This document shows, piece by piece, positions 1 through 10,105 of a stretch of DNA of 64,000 bases; position 1 is the first letter of the stretch; each line of letters opens with the position of its first letter. The notes under the pieces are model-generated. The model had not been told where the DNA came from. It searched no databases and saw only the letters and a program-made list of their open reading frames with translations. Location: assembly GCA_965230295.1 (NCBI GenBank), contig OZ246001.1:1408001-1472000 (forward strand), given 5' to 3'. This DNA is from Marinicella sp. (GTDB lineage: Bacteria > Pseudomonadota > Gammaproteobacteria > Xanthomonadales > Marinicellaceae). A program made the translations under genes and the position numbers.

Positions 1-2959
1 CCAAATATCTTATGCTGGTGGAGGTTCTATTGATGACTCAACTGGTATTATGGATTTTGAAATCCACTACCGTTACATCCCTACTCAAGCTCAAATAGAT
101 AACTTAAAAGAGCAAACCCGCATAGCAGCAGATAAAATTTGTGATGTAACTGACGGCGAGATCCGCTTTGGTGAAGTCAAAATCACAGGAGGAGCGGTCA
201 GTGAAGCCAAAGGGGATTTTTGGCTGTTACCGCAAACAGGGCGAAGCGGTGTATCTTTTTATCTTAACGGCGCCAACTTGGGGGCTGATGGACGCCATGT
301 AAATTTGTATTCAAATGCCGTCATCGGTCGAATCATTGCGCATGAACTTGGGCACCATGCTTTTGGCATTGGTGACGAGTATCCTGAAGAAGCCCGCTGT
401 ATAGGTAAAAATTTTAAAACCACTGCGGATCCGGCCGATACTTCATTCCTCAAAGATGAAGCGGGTAACAGCTCAATCATGCATGGTGACAGCTGGACCG
501 AACTTTCAGTCGATGCAAACCATGACACCAACCGAGGCGTTTTGCCCTATTACATGTGCGGACGCATGACCACCAATGATGATGGTGATCTGGTATACAA
601 GGCCACGGTTGATCCAGATCTTGCTGCGGGAACTTTTGATGACACCAGTTTTGCAACGGCAAAAGCAACCAGTGTTGTGGTGACTAAGTTTAATGTGATG
701 GACAGCTTGTCTGCCAATCATCAAATTTATGCCTATGTGGTCAAGGCCGACGATCATGAATGGGATGTCCACTTTGGTATGGATGATGGTGAGTTTGTTG
801 GTGGCATTGCTGGCGATTATCGAGGCTTGGGAACTGCACGAATTGTGTTGGACGATACCGAGGATGATAAAGACCGTTTTCCATTAGAATCTGTATCACC
901 TGCTGATTTCACCCTTGAGATGGAAGACTTTGCCAATGGTGCTGATGATCTTTCAGTACCCATCTCGTTTGGTGATGTGGATGAAGTGAATGGCTTCCAT
1001 GAGAATCCCAAAATATGTATTGATGATGGTGCTGGCAACTGTATACCTCGTTGGGATCCGGTTACAGAGCGTTATGAGCTGACACAACAAACGGCTTTGC
1101 ACAACAAGTCAGATTGGGCTACATTGAAAGCCAATTACCCTTTTGTTACGGTGCCAACTGGTACGCCTGTAGAAGCACAACCCGGCAACTGTCGTGCAGA
1201 ATTATCCTTCGACGAAAAGATCATTGGCTCAGACCAAGTGATCTTGTTCATTGATCGATCAGGCAGTATGGATGCGCCCATAAGAGAGGATGCCGAAGAA
1301 ACCCGCCTGGATTTTGCTAAGGCCGCCGCGAGGGCCTTCATTGATTTGCAGGCCGGCATGGGCGTGGATGTGGGGCTGATCTCTTTCAATGAAACCTCTG
1401 AACTAGAGCGACCTATGCTGTTGTTAGAAACCGGTGACGCGGGCCCTTTTAAAGACAAAGTTGATGACTTAAATCATGGCGGTAACACAGGTATTGGAAC
1501 GGCATTACAAAGCTCAGTCACTGAGTTCCAAAGGGCTGCTTTGATCGCTGAAGAAAATGGTGTTGACGTGCGTTCAAGAACAGCCTTTTTACTGTCTGAT
1601 GGTGAAAATAATCGCGGTGAAGACCCAGAGGTGGTGGCAGACAGACTGCGTGATCTTGATGTACAAATTTTTTCCATACCGGTTGGTGATGGCGCAGATC
1701 GTGAGCTGCTCAGTGGCTTGGCCCAGGAAACTGCTGGGGAAATGCTGGATGCGCCTGACGGCGATGAATTACCCCCCATCTATGCAGAGTTATTTGCTCG
1801 GTACCGTGGTGAAAGTTTAACACTGAGTCGTCAGGAATCTTTTGTCGAGCCATTTAAGAGGGATGAAAAATCTAAAAAAACTGTAGCTGCCTTTGCTGAT
1901 GGCAACGCATCCATAACTTCCAGCGCAGCAGCTGCCAGCACAAATGGCTCAAACAACAGTCCGTTTATTGATTCATTTGATTTTTTGGTTGAAACTTCAG
2001 CAGAACGACTGAACATTTTTCTTTCTGGTCGAAATGATGACATGGATACCTGGAATTTAATCTTCAGACTCACCTCACCCAGCGGGCAGGAATACTCCAG
2101 TGATGACAGTTCTATCATCACTACAGACAAGTATTACTCAATCGTCCGATTACCAACCCCTGAAGCCGGTAACTGGCGAATTGATCTTGCTTCAGGTAAT
2201 CAATTACCGCAGCGGTCTTTTGTACAAGCTCATGTTGAAAATGCGGCTCCAGATTTATATGTGGATGCCCTACCGAACACCACATCGGATACCAGCAAGC
2301 CTACATTGATTACCTTGGAAACCAGCTATTTCACCTCATTGGATGAAAACGTTGACTACCAAGGCTATGTTCTTCGCCCTGATGGCATCAGGAGCCCTTT
2401 GAAGTTTACTACAGACCTCATTACCGGCAGTGTCTCAGCAAGCTTTAATGACTATGCCGGACGCGGTATTTATGAAGCTGTGGTGACAGCCACTGTTGAT
2501 GAAAATGTCAGAAAACTGGATGGCGAATCCATATTTGATGGGCCGGTAGCTGATCTGAGCGATGTGGCTGAGTTTGAGCGTACCGATCGAACTGCATTCT
2601 TTGTGGATGTCAATGAATTGCCACCCTGTTACAGCACAGATTGCGATGGAGATGGCATTCCTAATCATATCGAAGGCGGTGACAACATAGATACCGATGG
2701 GGATGGTTTACCTGACTATCGGGATGATGATGCAGACGGTGATGATGTGCCTGATGCCAGAGAAGGTGTAGTTGATACCGACAACGACGGGAAACCTAAT
2801 TTCCAAGATGTTGATTCGGATAACGATGGCATTTTTGATGGCGATGACAAGGAACTCAATAACCCGCATGACTGCTGCATAAAACAACTGTGGGTGTTAA
2901 TAATCATAGCCCTGTTACTGTTTATCATCCTGATTTTATTGTTACGGCGCAGGAAATAG
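1..2959 (+). CDS. CLCA-like zinc metalloprotease + vWA domain + TSP type-3-like Ca-binding repeats, C-terminal membrane anchor (5' end lies upstream of the window)
   Basis: The frame is open from base 2 ([17 protein letters not shown]50). It carries [14 protein letters not shown] (CLCA-type HExxHxxxGxxDEY), the vWA MIDAS motif DRSGS plus LSDGE, DxDGDG repeats, and a hydrophobic tail ending RRRK. Confidence 0.8.
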   Translation, partial: QISYAGGGSIDDSTGIMDFEIHYRYIPTQAQIDNLKEQTRIAADKICDVTDGEIRFGEVKITGGAVSEAKGDFWLLPQTGRSGVSFYLNGANLGADGRHVNLYSNAVIGRIIAHELGHHAFGIGDEYPEEARCIGKNFKTTADPADTSFLKDEAGNSSIMHGDSWTELSVDANHDTNRGVLPYYMCGRMTTNDDGDLVYKATVDPDLAAGTFDDTSFATAKATSVVVTKFNVMDSLSANHQIYAYVVKADDHEWDVHFGMDDGEFVGGIAGDYRGLGTARIVLDDTEDDKDRFPLESVSPADFTLEMEDFANGADDLSVPISFGDVDEVNGFHENPKICIDDGAGNCIPRWDPVTERYELTQQTALHNKSDWATLKANYPFVTVPTGTPVEAQPGNCRAELSFDEKIIGSDQVILFIDRSGSMDAPIREDAEETRLDFAKAAARAFIDLQAGMGVDVGLISFNETSELERPMLLLETGDAGPFKDKVDDLNHGGNTGIGTALQSSVTEFQRAALIAEENGVDVRSRTAFLLSDGENNRGEDPEVVADRLRDLDVQIFSIPVGDGADRELLSGLAQETAGEMLDAPDGDELPPIYAELFARYRGESLTLSRQESFVEPFKRDEKSKKTVAAFADGNASITSSAAAASTNGSNNSPFIDSFDFLVETSAERLNIFLSGRNDDMDTWNLIFRLTSPSGQEYSSDDSSIITTDKYYSIVRLPTPEAGNWRIDLASGNQLPQRSFVQAHVENAAPDLYVDALPNTTSDTSKPTLITLETSYFTSLDENVDYQGYVLRPDGIRSPLKFTTDLITGSVSASFNDYAGRGIYEAVVTATVDENVRKLDGESIFDGPVADLSDVAEFERTDRTAFFVDVNELPPCYSTDCDGDGIPNHIEGGDNIDTDGDGLPDYRDDDADGDDVPDAREGVVDTDNDGKPNFQDVDSDNDGIFDGDDKELNNPHDCCIKQLWVLIIIALLLFIILILLLRRRK

Positions 2960-2981
2960 GCTCAGTAATCTTCTCATTGGC

Positions 2982-3014
2982 TGTAGAAGTTCAGAGCTGC
3001 TCTGAACTTCTACA
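2982..3014. terminator. Perfect inverted repeat, probable terminator between convergent genes
   Basis: TGTAGAAGTTCAGAGC-T-GCTCTGAACTTCTACA, 22 bp after the stop codon. Confidence 0.65.
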
Positions 3015-3240
3015 CTTGAAATCAAAGGGGTTAGAGTTATTGATTCATTTTAAGTCAAGTGTGTGACTTTTTAGATTTGCATGGGTATGTTCAGTATAAA
3101 TCAGTTGATAAGTATCTAAAAAAATGAAGTAATTGTGCAAACCAACATTGCTTTATTCGGATATATCTTAACCTTCATTTTCTATTCCCTTTGATGTTTG
3201 ATAAGTGGTTTTCTATATAATCTGAACAAGAGGGTATTAA

Positions 3241-4191
3241 TCAAAACCCCAACTCAACAATCAAAGGCCAATGGTCCGAGCCAATACCACCCCCTGTATT
3301 AAAATCAATCACAGCAAAATGTTCTGAAACCAGACAATGGTCAATCGGGATCATCATAGGCAGCAATTTGGTCGGCCAGGTGGGCAGGTAGCCTTGTCCG
3401 GCACTGGCGTTGGTGAGACCGGTGTCGGTGGTAAGTATGGGGTAATGTTTGGACCACACGGTGGTGTTGAGGTCGCCGATCACGATGCTTGGGTTGCTTT
3501 GGTTTTTTATGATGGTTGTGATGGCCTCAAATTGTTGCTGGCCAGCCTCGTAATAGTAGCGATTGATCGGTGGTGGTGGATGAGTGGTGATGGCGTGGAT
3601 GATTTGTCCGTTCCGCTGAATTTCAAACTCAACGCTGGGGATGTCCAACATGGTCCAGTCATGGATCTGGTGGCTGATGATGGGTGTTTGGCTGTACACG
3701 GCGATGCCAAAGTTGTCTTCCCTGGGTACTTCAATGCTGTGTGGGTATTCGGTCTTAATGCTGTTCAGTGCGGTTTGCCACCGGGCATTCACTTCTTGTA
3801 AAAAAACCACATCGGCATCCTCAGTCAGCACTTGTTGAATCAGTTCATCATGCTGTTGGTTGGCGGTGTAGACGTTGGCAAAAAACAGTTTGATACTGTG
3901 ATTATTATTCTGTAACTCATCAGGACCTCCCATAAACAACGGCACCACAATATACCCGTTGAGTACCAAGCACAAAGCAGCAATAAACATATAGATCTGT
4001 TGTTTGATCCAAACAAAACCGGCCAAAAATATAATCGACAAGATCCAATATTGAAACCGAAAGCTCGACAACAAATCGAAATACCAAAACACCTCGGCCA
4101 AGAACGGTAACACCGAACACACCACCACAATGATGCAGCCGATTTGCATCAAACCGGTGATGGAAAACCCCTTGATTTTGTTTTTATTCAA
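3241..4191 (-). CDS. Endonuclease/exonuclease/phosphatase (EEP) family protein with N-terminal TM helices
   Basis: ANV, LQEV, IGDLN, IDHCL and GSDHWP motifs; three hydrophobic N-terminal segments. Confidence 0.9.
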   Translation of the reverse strand: MNKNKIKGFSITGLMQIGCIIVVVCSVLPFLAEVFWYFDLLSSFRFQYWILSIIFLAGFVWIKQQIYMFIAALCLVLNGYIVVPLFMGGPDELQNNNHSIKLFFANVYTANQQHDELIQQVLTEDADVVFLQEVNARWQTALNSIKTEYPHSIEVPREDNFGIAVYSQTPIISHQIHDWTMLDIPSVEFEIQRNGQIIHAITTHPPPPINRYYYEAGQQQFEAITTIIKNQSNPSIVIGDLNTTVWSKHYPILTTDTGLTNASAGQGYLPTWPTKLLPMMIPIDHCLVSEHFAVIDFNTGGGIGSDHWPLIVELGF

Positions 4192-4498
4192 GCGAATCCT
4201 TAGATTGGAAATTTAAGGGTCTGACTTTATCTCAAGCAAATTGTTCACTGAAAACTTGCCGATTTATCAATTCAGTTCATTCATTTTGCTTTAGTTATAT
4301 CACAAGAAAGACACTGGGTTTGTTTGGCTATTATTTTAAATCCAATACCAACCTAAAGCCATCCCCGCTTTCTCAAAACGAATTAAATGCGGATGAAGTG
4401 TTTGATTTTTTAATTCATCCTGTTTTAGTGTATTCAAGAATTCCTGATAAAGACTCTGATCATATCACCGTTTTAAAAGACTTTTGACAGTGACATTC

Positions 4499-4780
4499 TT
4501 ATCTCACATATGCAATTACAGCAAAGTCTATATCAATGTCTCTATCAACACTTCCTGCCCAATCAGCTGTAGCAGTCACTTCAACAACATTATCAGCTAA
4601 AATTTTAGCTTCAAGCGATACTTGCCGCGGCGCCTGATCCTGAGGACAAGCATAACCCTTCATCATGACAGTCATGTCCTCACTTGGATTTCCATTAAAA
4701 GTCACATTTTTCGATTTATCACTGGGGCCGTTTCCAACTCTATGAATAGTTATTCGGCCTGAACGAATTTGCATTCCCAT
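4499..4780 (-). CDS. Small hypothetical beta-sandwich protein, H-type-lectin/tail-fibre-tip-like
   Basis: AGGAG RBS before ATG 4780. The pattern IRSG..VTF..VMMKGY..EVTATADW..FAVIA resembles an H-lectin-like fold (weak). Confidence 0.5.
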   Translation of the reverse strand: MGMQIRSGRITIHRVGNGPSDKSKNVTFNGNPSEDMTVMMKGYACPQDQAPRQVSLEAKILADNVVEVTATADWAGSVDRDIDIDFAVIAYVR

Positions 4781-4894
4781 TTTTTTCTCCTGACTTGATT
4801 CATTATTGATTATGCTCAAAAAATTGAACAGTTTGCACCTTTGTATCAAATCAATGGGGTCAGTACCGTTTGATTTGATTCATAGATAATTTCT

Positions 4895-6037
4895 TCAGTT
4901 CTTAATACATGCTAGCAGCTGTATATATGGAGAATTCGTTCCTTCGACTTTACCAGTGAAGCTGGTCTTCGTACCGATCCTCCCTCTTTTCACGCCGGAA
5001 TCATGCCTCCATTCTGTCCTTAATCCATTTCCATCCGGTCCAGGGCTTACTCCACTCCAGCCATTGGGATGGGCAAATGTTGTATCTTCAAAATTATGTT
5101 GATGTTTGCCGACAACTCTATTTTCTTTATCTGATAATGGCGAACCCACAACGGCTTCTAACTCACCGTTTTCTTGTTGTCCTAGAACATATCTACCATC
5201 TGCTTTATGATATCGACTCCAACCCTGAGGACATTCCTCATGATTAAAAAATGCGACTTGATTTCGGGGTGTTACCTTAGACTCTACAGCAGTTAATCTA
5301 GATTGCAGGTCTCTGAGGGTTTCTAACCTACCAACCAGCTCAATAGGTTCGCCATCAGGACCTGTTACATCCCCTTTGTCGGTATTGATTGCAATTAAAA
5401 ATGTTTGATCAGGGTCAGATGGTTCACATAATAAGGTGACGCTCCCTTTTAATTCTAAGGGTTGTTCTGGTGACGCTAAATGTGCAGCCCTGTCACATTC
5501 AAGTTTGCCAGGCCTAGATGAAATGTCCAGTAATTTGTAATCAACATCAGCATTTGATCTATAGGTCAAATTAATTGAAAATGCACGTTTATCTCGACTT
5601 TGAGTTACATAACCAAAAAAACCCTGTTTTCTAATCACTTCCGTAACGCAGTCATTGAATGACCTGCTGATTCTTGAACTTGCCGACCTTATTTTTTGAA
5701 ACAAATAATATGATGATGAAGCTGTCGTGTAGTCAAGTTGGCAAAACTTATTTCTTGCTTCATTGAAATTGTTTTCACCGACATTTTTACCAAATGCTGC
5801 ACTTAAAGTTTCAGTAATAGGAATACCCAGTGAAGTTTCAGAATTTTTCGCAGAAGCATAAGTGCTGGTTGAAGATGAACATAACACATGTTGAGAAAGT
5901 TTAAACCTCTCGCTATCCGTATAGGTATCAGAAGAGTCAAATGTGCCATATCCAACAATAGATTTACAAATTTCAGTGTCTGCATTTACTGAAATGCTGG
6001 TGCTCATTAGCAAAATGAAAATTCTAAATATCGACAT
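4895..6037 (-). CDS. Secreted protein with C-terminal phage tail-collar-like domain
   Basis: Signal peptide (..SVNA-D), Cys-containing N-terminal domain, short coiled coil, then VAFF..CPQGW..GRYVLG..HQH..PYIQLLACIK. Confidence 0.7.
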   Translation of the reverse strand: MSIFRIFILLMSTSISVNADTEICKSIVGYGTFDSSDTYTDSERFKLSQHVLCSSSTSTYASAKNSETSLGIPITETLSAAFGKNVGENNFNEARNKFCQLDYTTASSSYYLFQKIRSASSRISRSFNDCVTEVIRKQGFFGYVTQSRDKRAFSINLTYRSNADVDYKLLDISSRPGKLECDRAAHLASPEQPLELKGSVTLLCEPSDPDQTFLIAINTDKGDVTGPDGEPIELVGRLETLRDLQSRLTAVESKVTPRNQVAFFNHEECPQGWSRYHKADGRYVLGQQENGELEAVVGSPLSDKENRVVGKHQHNFEDTTFAHPNGWSGVSPGPDGNGLRTEWRHDSGVKRGRIGTKTSFTGKVEGTNSPYIQLLACIKN

Positions 6038-6211
6038 ATTCACGCTCCGGTTAAACAGTTTCGTAATATGTGTTTTTCTTATTTAATTTCTCTCACATAA
6101 ATTTATTCAATGGGTCTGAGGAAATTAATTTTGGATTTGAAATTAATGGCCTCAAAGACCTATGAATTTACTAAAATCACAATTATTAATCATTTAAAGC
6201 TGTGAACTTTC

Positions 6212-6553
6212 ATGAAATCTGCGTTCAAAATACTGCTCACAATTTACCTTTGGGCCTGTATTATGTTTTGAAATTTTGGTTTGCTGTACTTGTTAATCAA
6301 TCGCGGCCTTATTCTTGGTATGGTCGGTGCAATATGTATGTTAATAAAATTCATTGCACCCAATCATAGTGTGTTATCTCCTGTATCGGTGTTGTTATTT
6401 GTGTTTTGGGGGATTGAGACTGTTGTTACACTGAATCTACCTGAGTTCAGAAATTTTGAATGGAATGTCTATCGCTTATCTTCGCAATTGATGTATCATG
6501 GCCGCAAGTATTTGTTCATTCAAAATACATCTATCGAAGAAAAATATCCATGA
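6212..6553 (+). pseudogene. Possible small membrane-protein pseudogene (in-frame TGA)
   Basis: ATG 6212 MKSAFKILLTIYLWACIMF, then TGA at 6269, continuing in frame into the hydrophobic ORF 6281-6553. Confidence 0.25.
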
Positions 6554-6615
6554 AAGCAAACCTGATTGATGAGTTTTGTAATTTTTGATGCGCAGGGCCC
6601 ATCCTACAAACCGAT

Positions 6616-7605
6616 TCACTGATTGATGTCAGGCGGCCTAACTTGCTGAATAACTTCTGTACTTACCCAGTAGATATTGGATAGCCCGGGCTCTGTGTCT
6701 CTTTCACTTCTGCCAAAAAATAAATATTGACCATCCAAAGTGATTCTCGGGCTTTTTTCATCCAATTCAGAATTGATCGAACTGCCCAGATTGATTGGTT
6801 TTGTCCACGATCCATCAGCGCTTTTGAAAAAGACATAAATGTCGTTGTCTTTTCTGCCGTCTCCTTCGCTTCGACCGCTCACCAGTAAATAGTCTTGATC
6901 TGGTGCGATGAAGGCGTGATGGCCAAAATCAATTTCTACTTCCTGCACTTGTGGGAATTCCCCGTTTTTATTGGGTGCATAATAGGTTTTAATCTTTGGT
7001 ATGCCTGAAATATTGGTATAAAAAAGGTCTCCGTTTTTAGCCTGATTGGGAGCAAATACCAGATCTTCATTGACGGGTGATTCTAATCTTTTGGCGTCAC
7101 TCCATGAGTTTTCAGAACGTTCAACATACCAAATTTTCTCATCAGTAAAACTGCTGTCCAATGCGGTGAAATAGATCCTTTTGCCATCAGGACTGACAAA
7201 TGGGTGCATTTCTGTCTTTTTCTTTCCCTGGGTAAAATTGGCTTTTATAGGGGGCGTCCATTCATTGTTTTCGAGCTTTGAGAAATAGATAGCAGTGTCT
7301 TCACCTTCATAATAGGCTGCAAAATACATTTCATCTAAATCAGGAGAAAACGAAACTGACCCTTCAAACCTTCCATTGATTGAAACAGCTTCGGGCGCAA
7401 ACAATTGAGGCGCTAAGCCCGGTGGTGTTTGTCCGAAATAGCGACCCTTTAGAAGCGGAGGTTTATCTTCAGTCAATACAGACATGGCGGGATTTGAATC
7501 CTGCGTCTTAAGGGTTTCTTCTGATGCCATGTCCTCACTTTGTTGGACACAGCCACTCAAACTGACTGACAGTGCCATTAAGCATTTGATTTTTGAGTTG
7601 ATCAT
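6616..7605 (-). CDS. PD40/TolB-like beta-propeller lipoprotein
   Basis: Lipobox LSGC; FSPDLDEMYF, PFVSPDGKRIYF and SPRITLDGQYLFF repeats. Confidence 0.85.
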   Translation of the reverse strand: MINSKIKCLMALSVSLSGCVQQSEDMASEETLKTQDSNPAMSVLTEDKPPLLKGRYFGQTPPGLAPQLFAPEAVSINGRFEGSVSFSPDLDEMYFAAYYEGEDTAIYFSKLENNEWTPPIKANFTQGKKKTEMHPFVSPDGKRIYFTALDSSFTDEKIWYVERSENSWSDAKRLESPVNEDLVFAPNQAKNGDLFYTNISGIPKIKTYYAPNKNGEFPQVQEVEIDFGHHAFIAPDQDYLLVSGRSEGDGRKDNDIYVFFKSADGSWTKPINLGSSINSELDEKSPRITLDGQYLFFGRSERDTEPGLSNIYWVSTEVIQQVRPPDINQ

Positions 7606-7963
7606 AAGATTCCAGATTAGAGTACCAATTAATAACCACCAGCTTAAGCCAGACAGAATCAAAACACATGACGTTCAGCTGAATTCTACCTGATATTGAA
7701 ATTCTGCCTGTTAATCAATCAGTACAGACGTTCATAATCAATGTGATGAGAATCGCTTGATTTAAGAACAACTCAAACCTGTAGGGCCTCGCAAGCTAAG
7801 CCCAAACTACGTCCAAGAAATATTGAAACATAAAATAAAAGGGTTTGAGCCTAATATTTTTCTAAACATTATCATAAAGGACCGGCAGTACTTGATCCAG
7901 CTTACGCCTGTACAACCAACTCAAAAAGCCAGCCTTGTTTGGGTGCTGTCCTTGTAATTGACA

Positions 7964-8797
7964 TCAAATCCGCGGTAGCCACATGCCCATGGTGGCACCA
8001 AACACGCCGAGCATGATGATCAAGCTGATTAAAGTAACCATGCCTGCAGTGGCCATTTTTTTGGGGCCGGATGGGCTCGTTTGGGCACGTAGATAGACTT
8101 CCAGTATAAGTAAAGGCAAGATGTAGACCATGAAGTAAAGGGCTGTTAAAAACGGTCCTGAAAAACTGACTGGATCGAAGCCGACTGGCTTGCCATGAAA
8201 GGTCAGCCAGGCCATCATGCCTACACGGAACATCCACACCCCACTGACTGCCAGAAACAACCTCAAGGCCCAAATGCGGTGCTGGGCAATCATTCTCTGT
8301 CGGGCATACCTAAAGGCCATGACAGCACAGACCACAATGATGGTGCCGTTGATCATGATGGCAATATGCCCTACCAGGCCGCCAACGATTTTTTCATAGC
8401 GCGTAATGATCATAAACATGCCACTTAAACTCATGATCAGGGCTGTTGTGATATATAAGCGGCCATTCCAGCGGTGGATAGCAGGCCATTTGCTTCTGAT
8501 GATGGGTATCAGTTGCATCAAGCCACCCACTGTGATGATGGCAGCAAACAAAACATGAAGAACAACAGCAACGTTTCCGAAAGTATCCCCTTCAATGTGG
8601 CCACCAGGCATGATGGTGTTGAACCGTTCAAGGTCCTGGTTGAACGTTGCCAGGTAGTAAAGCATAACAATGTAATAAGAAAAAATGGCTTGGCCTACCA
8701 GAACGGTGGCAAACCAAAATTTTGCTGATCCATTCAGAACCTTCTTGGCCAATAAATCAGACTGCCACCAGGGCGTTGATATCGATGGTGTGGTCAT
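7964..8797 (-). CDS. DUF2306-like integral membrane protein
   Basis: About 7 TM helices with HV..A, HRWNGRLY and HRIWALR motifs; GAGGA RBS before ATG 8797. Confidence 0.75.
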   Translation of the reverse strand: MTTPSISTPWWQSDLLAKKVLNGSAKFWFATVLVGQAIFSYYIVMLYYLATFNQDLERFNTIMPGGHIEGDTFGNVAVVLHVLFAAIITVGGLMQLIPIIRSKWPAIHRWNGRLYITTALIMSLSGMFMIITRYEKIVGGLVGHIAIMINGTIIVVCAVMAFRYARQRMIAQHRIWALRLFLAVSGVWMFRVGMMAWLTFHGKPVGFDPVSFSGPFLTALYFMVYILPLLILEVYLRAQTSPSGPKKMATAGMVTLISLIIMLGVFGATMGMWLPRI

Positions 8798-9016
8798 ATT
8801 AATATCCTCAATAATTAACTTCAGTCTTCCGCGGCAACCAAACACCTCTAATAAACCCATGACTATAGATACTGGCGTCTCAAGCTGGGTGTGATATCAT
8901 TCAATTCAGTGGTCAATGATTACCGGACACTTCAGCCCATTATCTGAATTTAGACGGCTTAATCATGCCGATTTGGAAATCAATCAGTATTAGTTACAGA
9001 AAATCAAAGCCATCGA

Positions 9017-10060
9017 ATGAACCCTCTGCACAGACAATTCGTTACGGACCAAGAGTCTACCGCTCACTGGCCGCAGTCATTGGTGAAATTATTGGATCGC
9101 ATCAAACAATCAGAGCCTTTGAAACTGATTTGGTGGTGCTTGGCGCTGTGTATATTGAGTGCCACCCTGATCCGCTATGCGACAATGACTTCCGGGTTCA
9201 TCTATGACCTGATGGTGGTCTTGGGCTCGGGAGGCTGTGCCTGGTTTTGGTTATTGAGTCGCAGCCTGTTCCGCGACAAACAGGCCTTGCAATCAAAAGC
9301 AGTCCTGCTGGTTCCAGCCATCATTGTTATTGAAGCTGTTGAAGCCTTGATGCCTTCAGCAGGCAACAATGAATTCTATCGGGTGTTCAGCAATGTGGCC
9401 TCAACAGTCTGTATCGCTGCCATTGTTTTTGTGTGGAATGAAGCGCTGAGCGGGTTCAGCAAAATACGTTCGAAACAAGAACGCCGGTTCAGAATCACCT
9501 ATCTGAGCATGTTCAGTATTCCGGTTGCTGTTGCCATTCTCTGGGTGATGGGTGCTGAAGCTGAGACATTTGCGGCTGAATGGAACAATACACTAATGAC
9601 TGGTTGTGCATTGATTGGCCTGATTGGCAGCCGCTTGGCTGTTGAATACCGATTGAAAAGTGAGCGTATCCTGGCAACCCATGCCTCCAATGAACTGAAC
9701 CAAGATCAGGCGGCCAAACAACTCGCTGATCAAGTGCTGCAAGCAATCAACGATGATGCTTTACTCACCATGCCCACTTTGAAAGTTTCTGACTTGGCCG
9801 ATCACATCGGCGCACAGGAATACAAAGTCACACGGTGCATCACCAGCCACCTGCAGTATCGCAACTTCAATCACATGGTGAACAACCACCGCATTGAACG
9901 TGCCATAGGGGTATTTAAAAACCCAAACTACAACCACCTCCATGTGGCCACCATCGCTTTTGACTGTGGTTTCAATTCACTGGGCCCTTTCAATCGGGCA
10001 TTCAAACAACACACTGGTATGACACCTCGTGAATATCGGCAGCAGTTGGTTTTGGAATAA
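9017..10060 (+). CDS. Membrane-anchored AraC-family transcriptional regulator
   Basis: Multiple TM helices followed by the AraC HTH IAFDCGFNSLGPFNRAFKQHTGMTPREYR. Confidence 0.9.
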   Translation: MNPLHRQFVTDQESTAHWPQSLVKLLDRIKQSEPLKLIWWCLALCILSATLIRYATMTSGFIYDLMVVLGSGGCAWFWLLSRSLFRDKQALQSKAVLLVPAIIVIEAVEALMPSAGNNEFYRVFSNVASTVCIAAIVFVWNEALSGFSKIRSKQERRFRITYLSMFSIPVAVAILWVMGAEAETFAAEWNNTLMTGCALIGLIGSRLAVEYRLKSERILATHASNELNQDQAAKQLADQVLQAINDDALLTMPTLKVSDLADHIGAQEYKVTRCITSHLQYRNFNHMVNNHRIERAIGVFKNPNYNHLHVATIAFDCGFNSLGPFNRAFKQHTGMTPREYRQQLVLE

Positions 10061-10105
10061 GATCCAGCAAGACATAACCAACCAACCCAAACTACCGTTG
10101 ATGTT

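Noticed and set aside
4499-6043. Prophage remnant
   Set aside because: Only a collar-like domain inside a signal-peptide protein; no integrase, structural or lysis genes.
6212-6553. Selenocysteine or readthrough at TGA 6269
   Set aside because: No redox motif or evident SECIS hairpin; a nonsense mutation or a spurious ORF is simpler.
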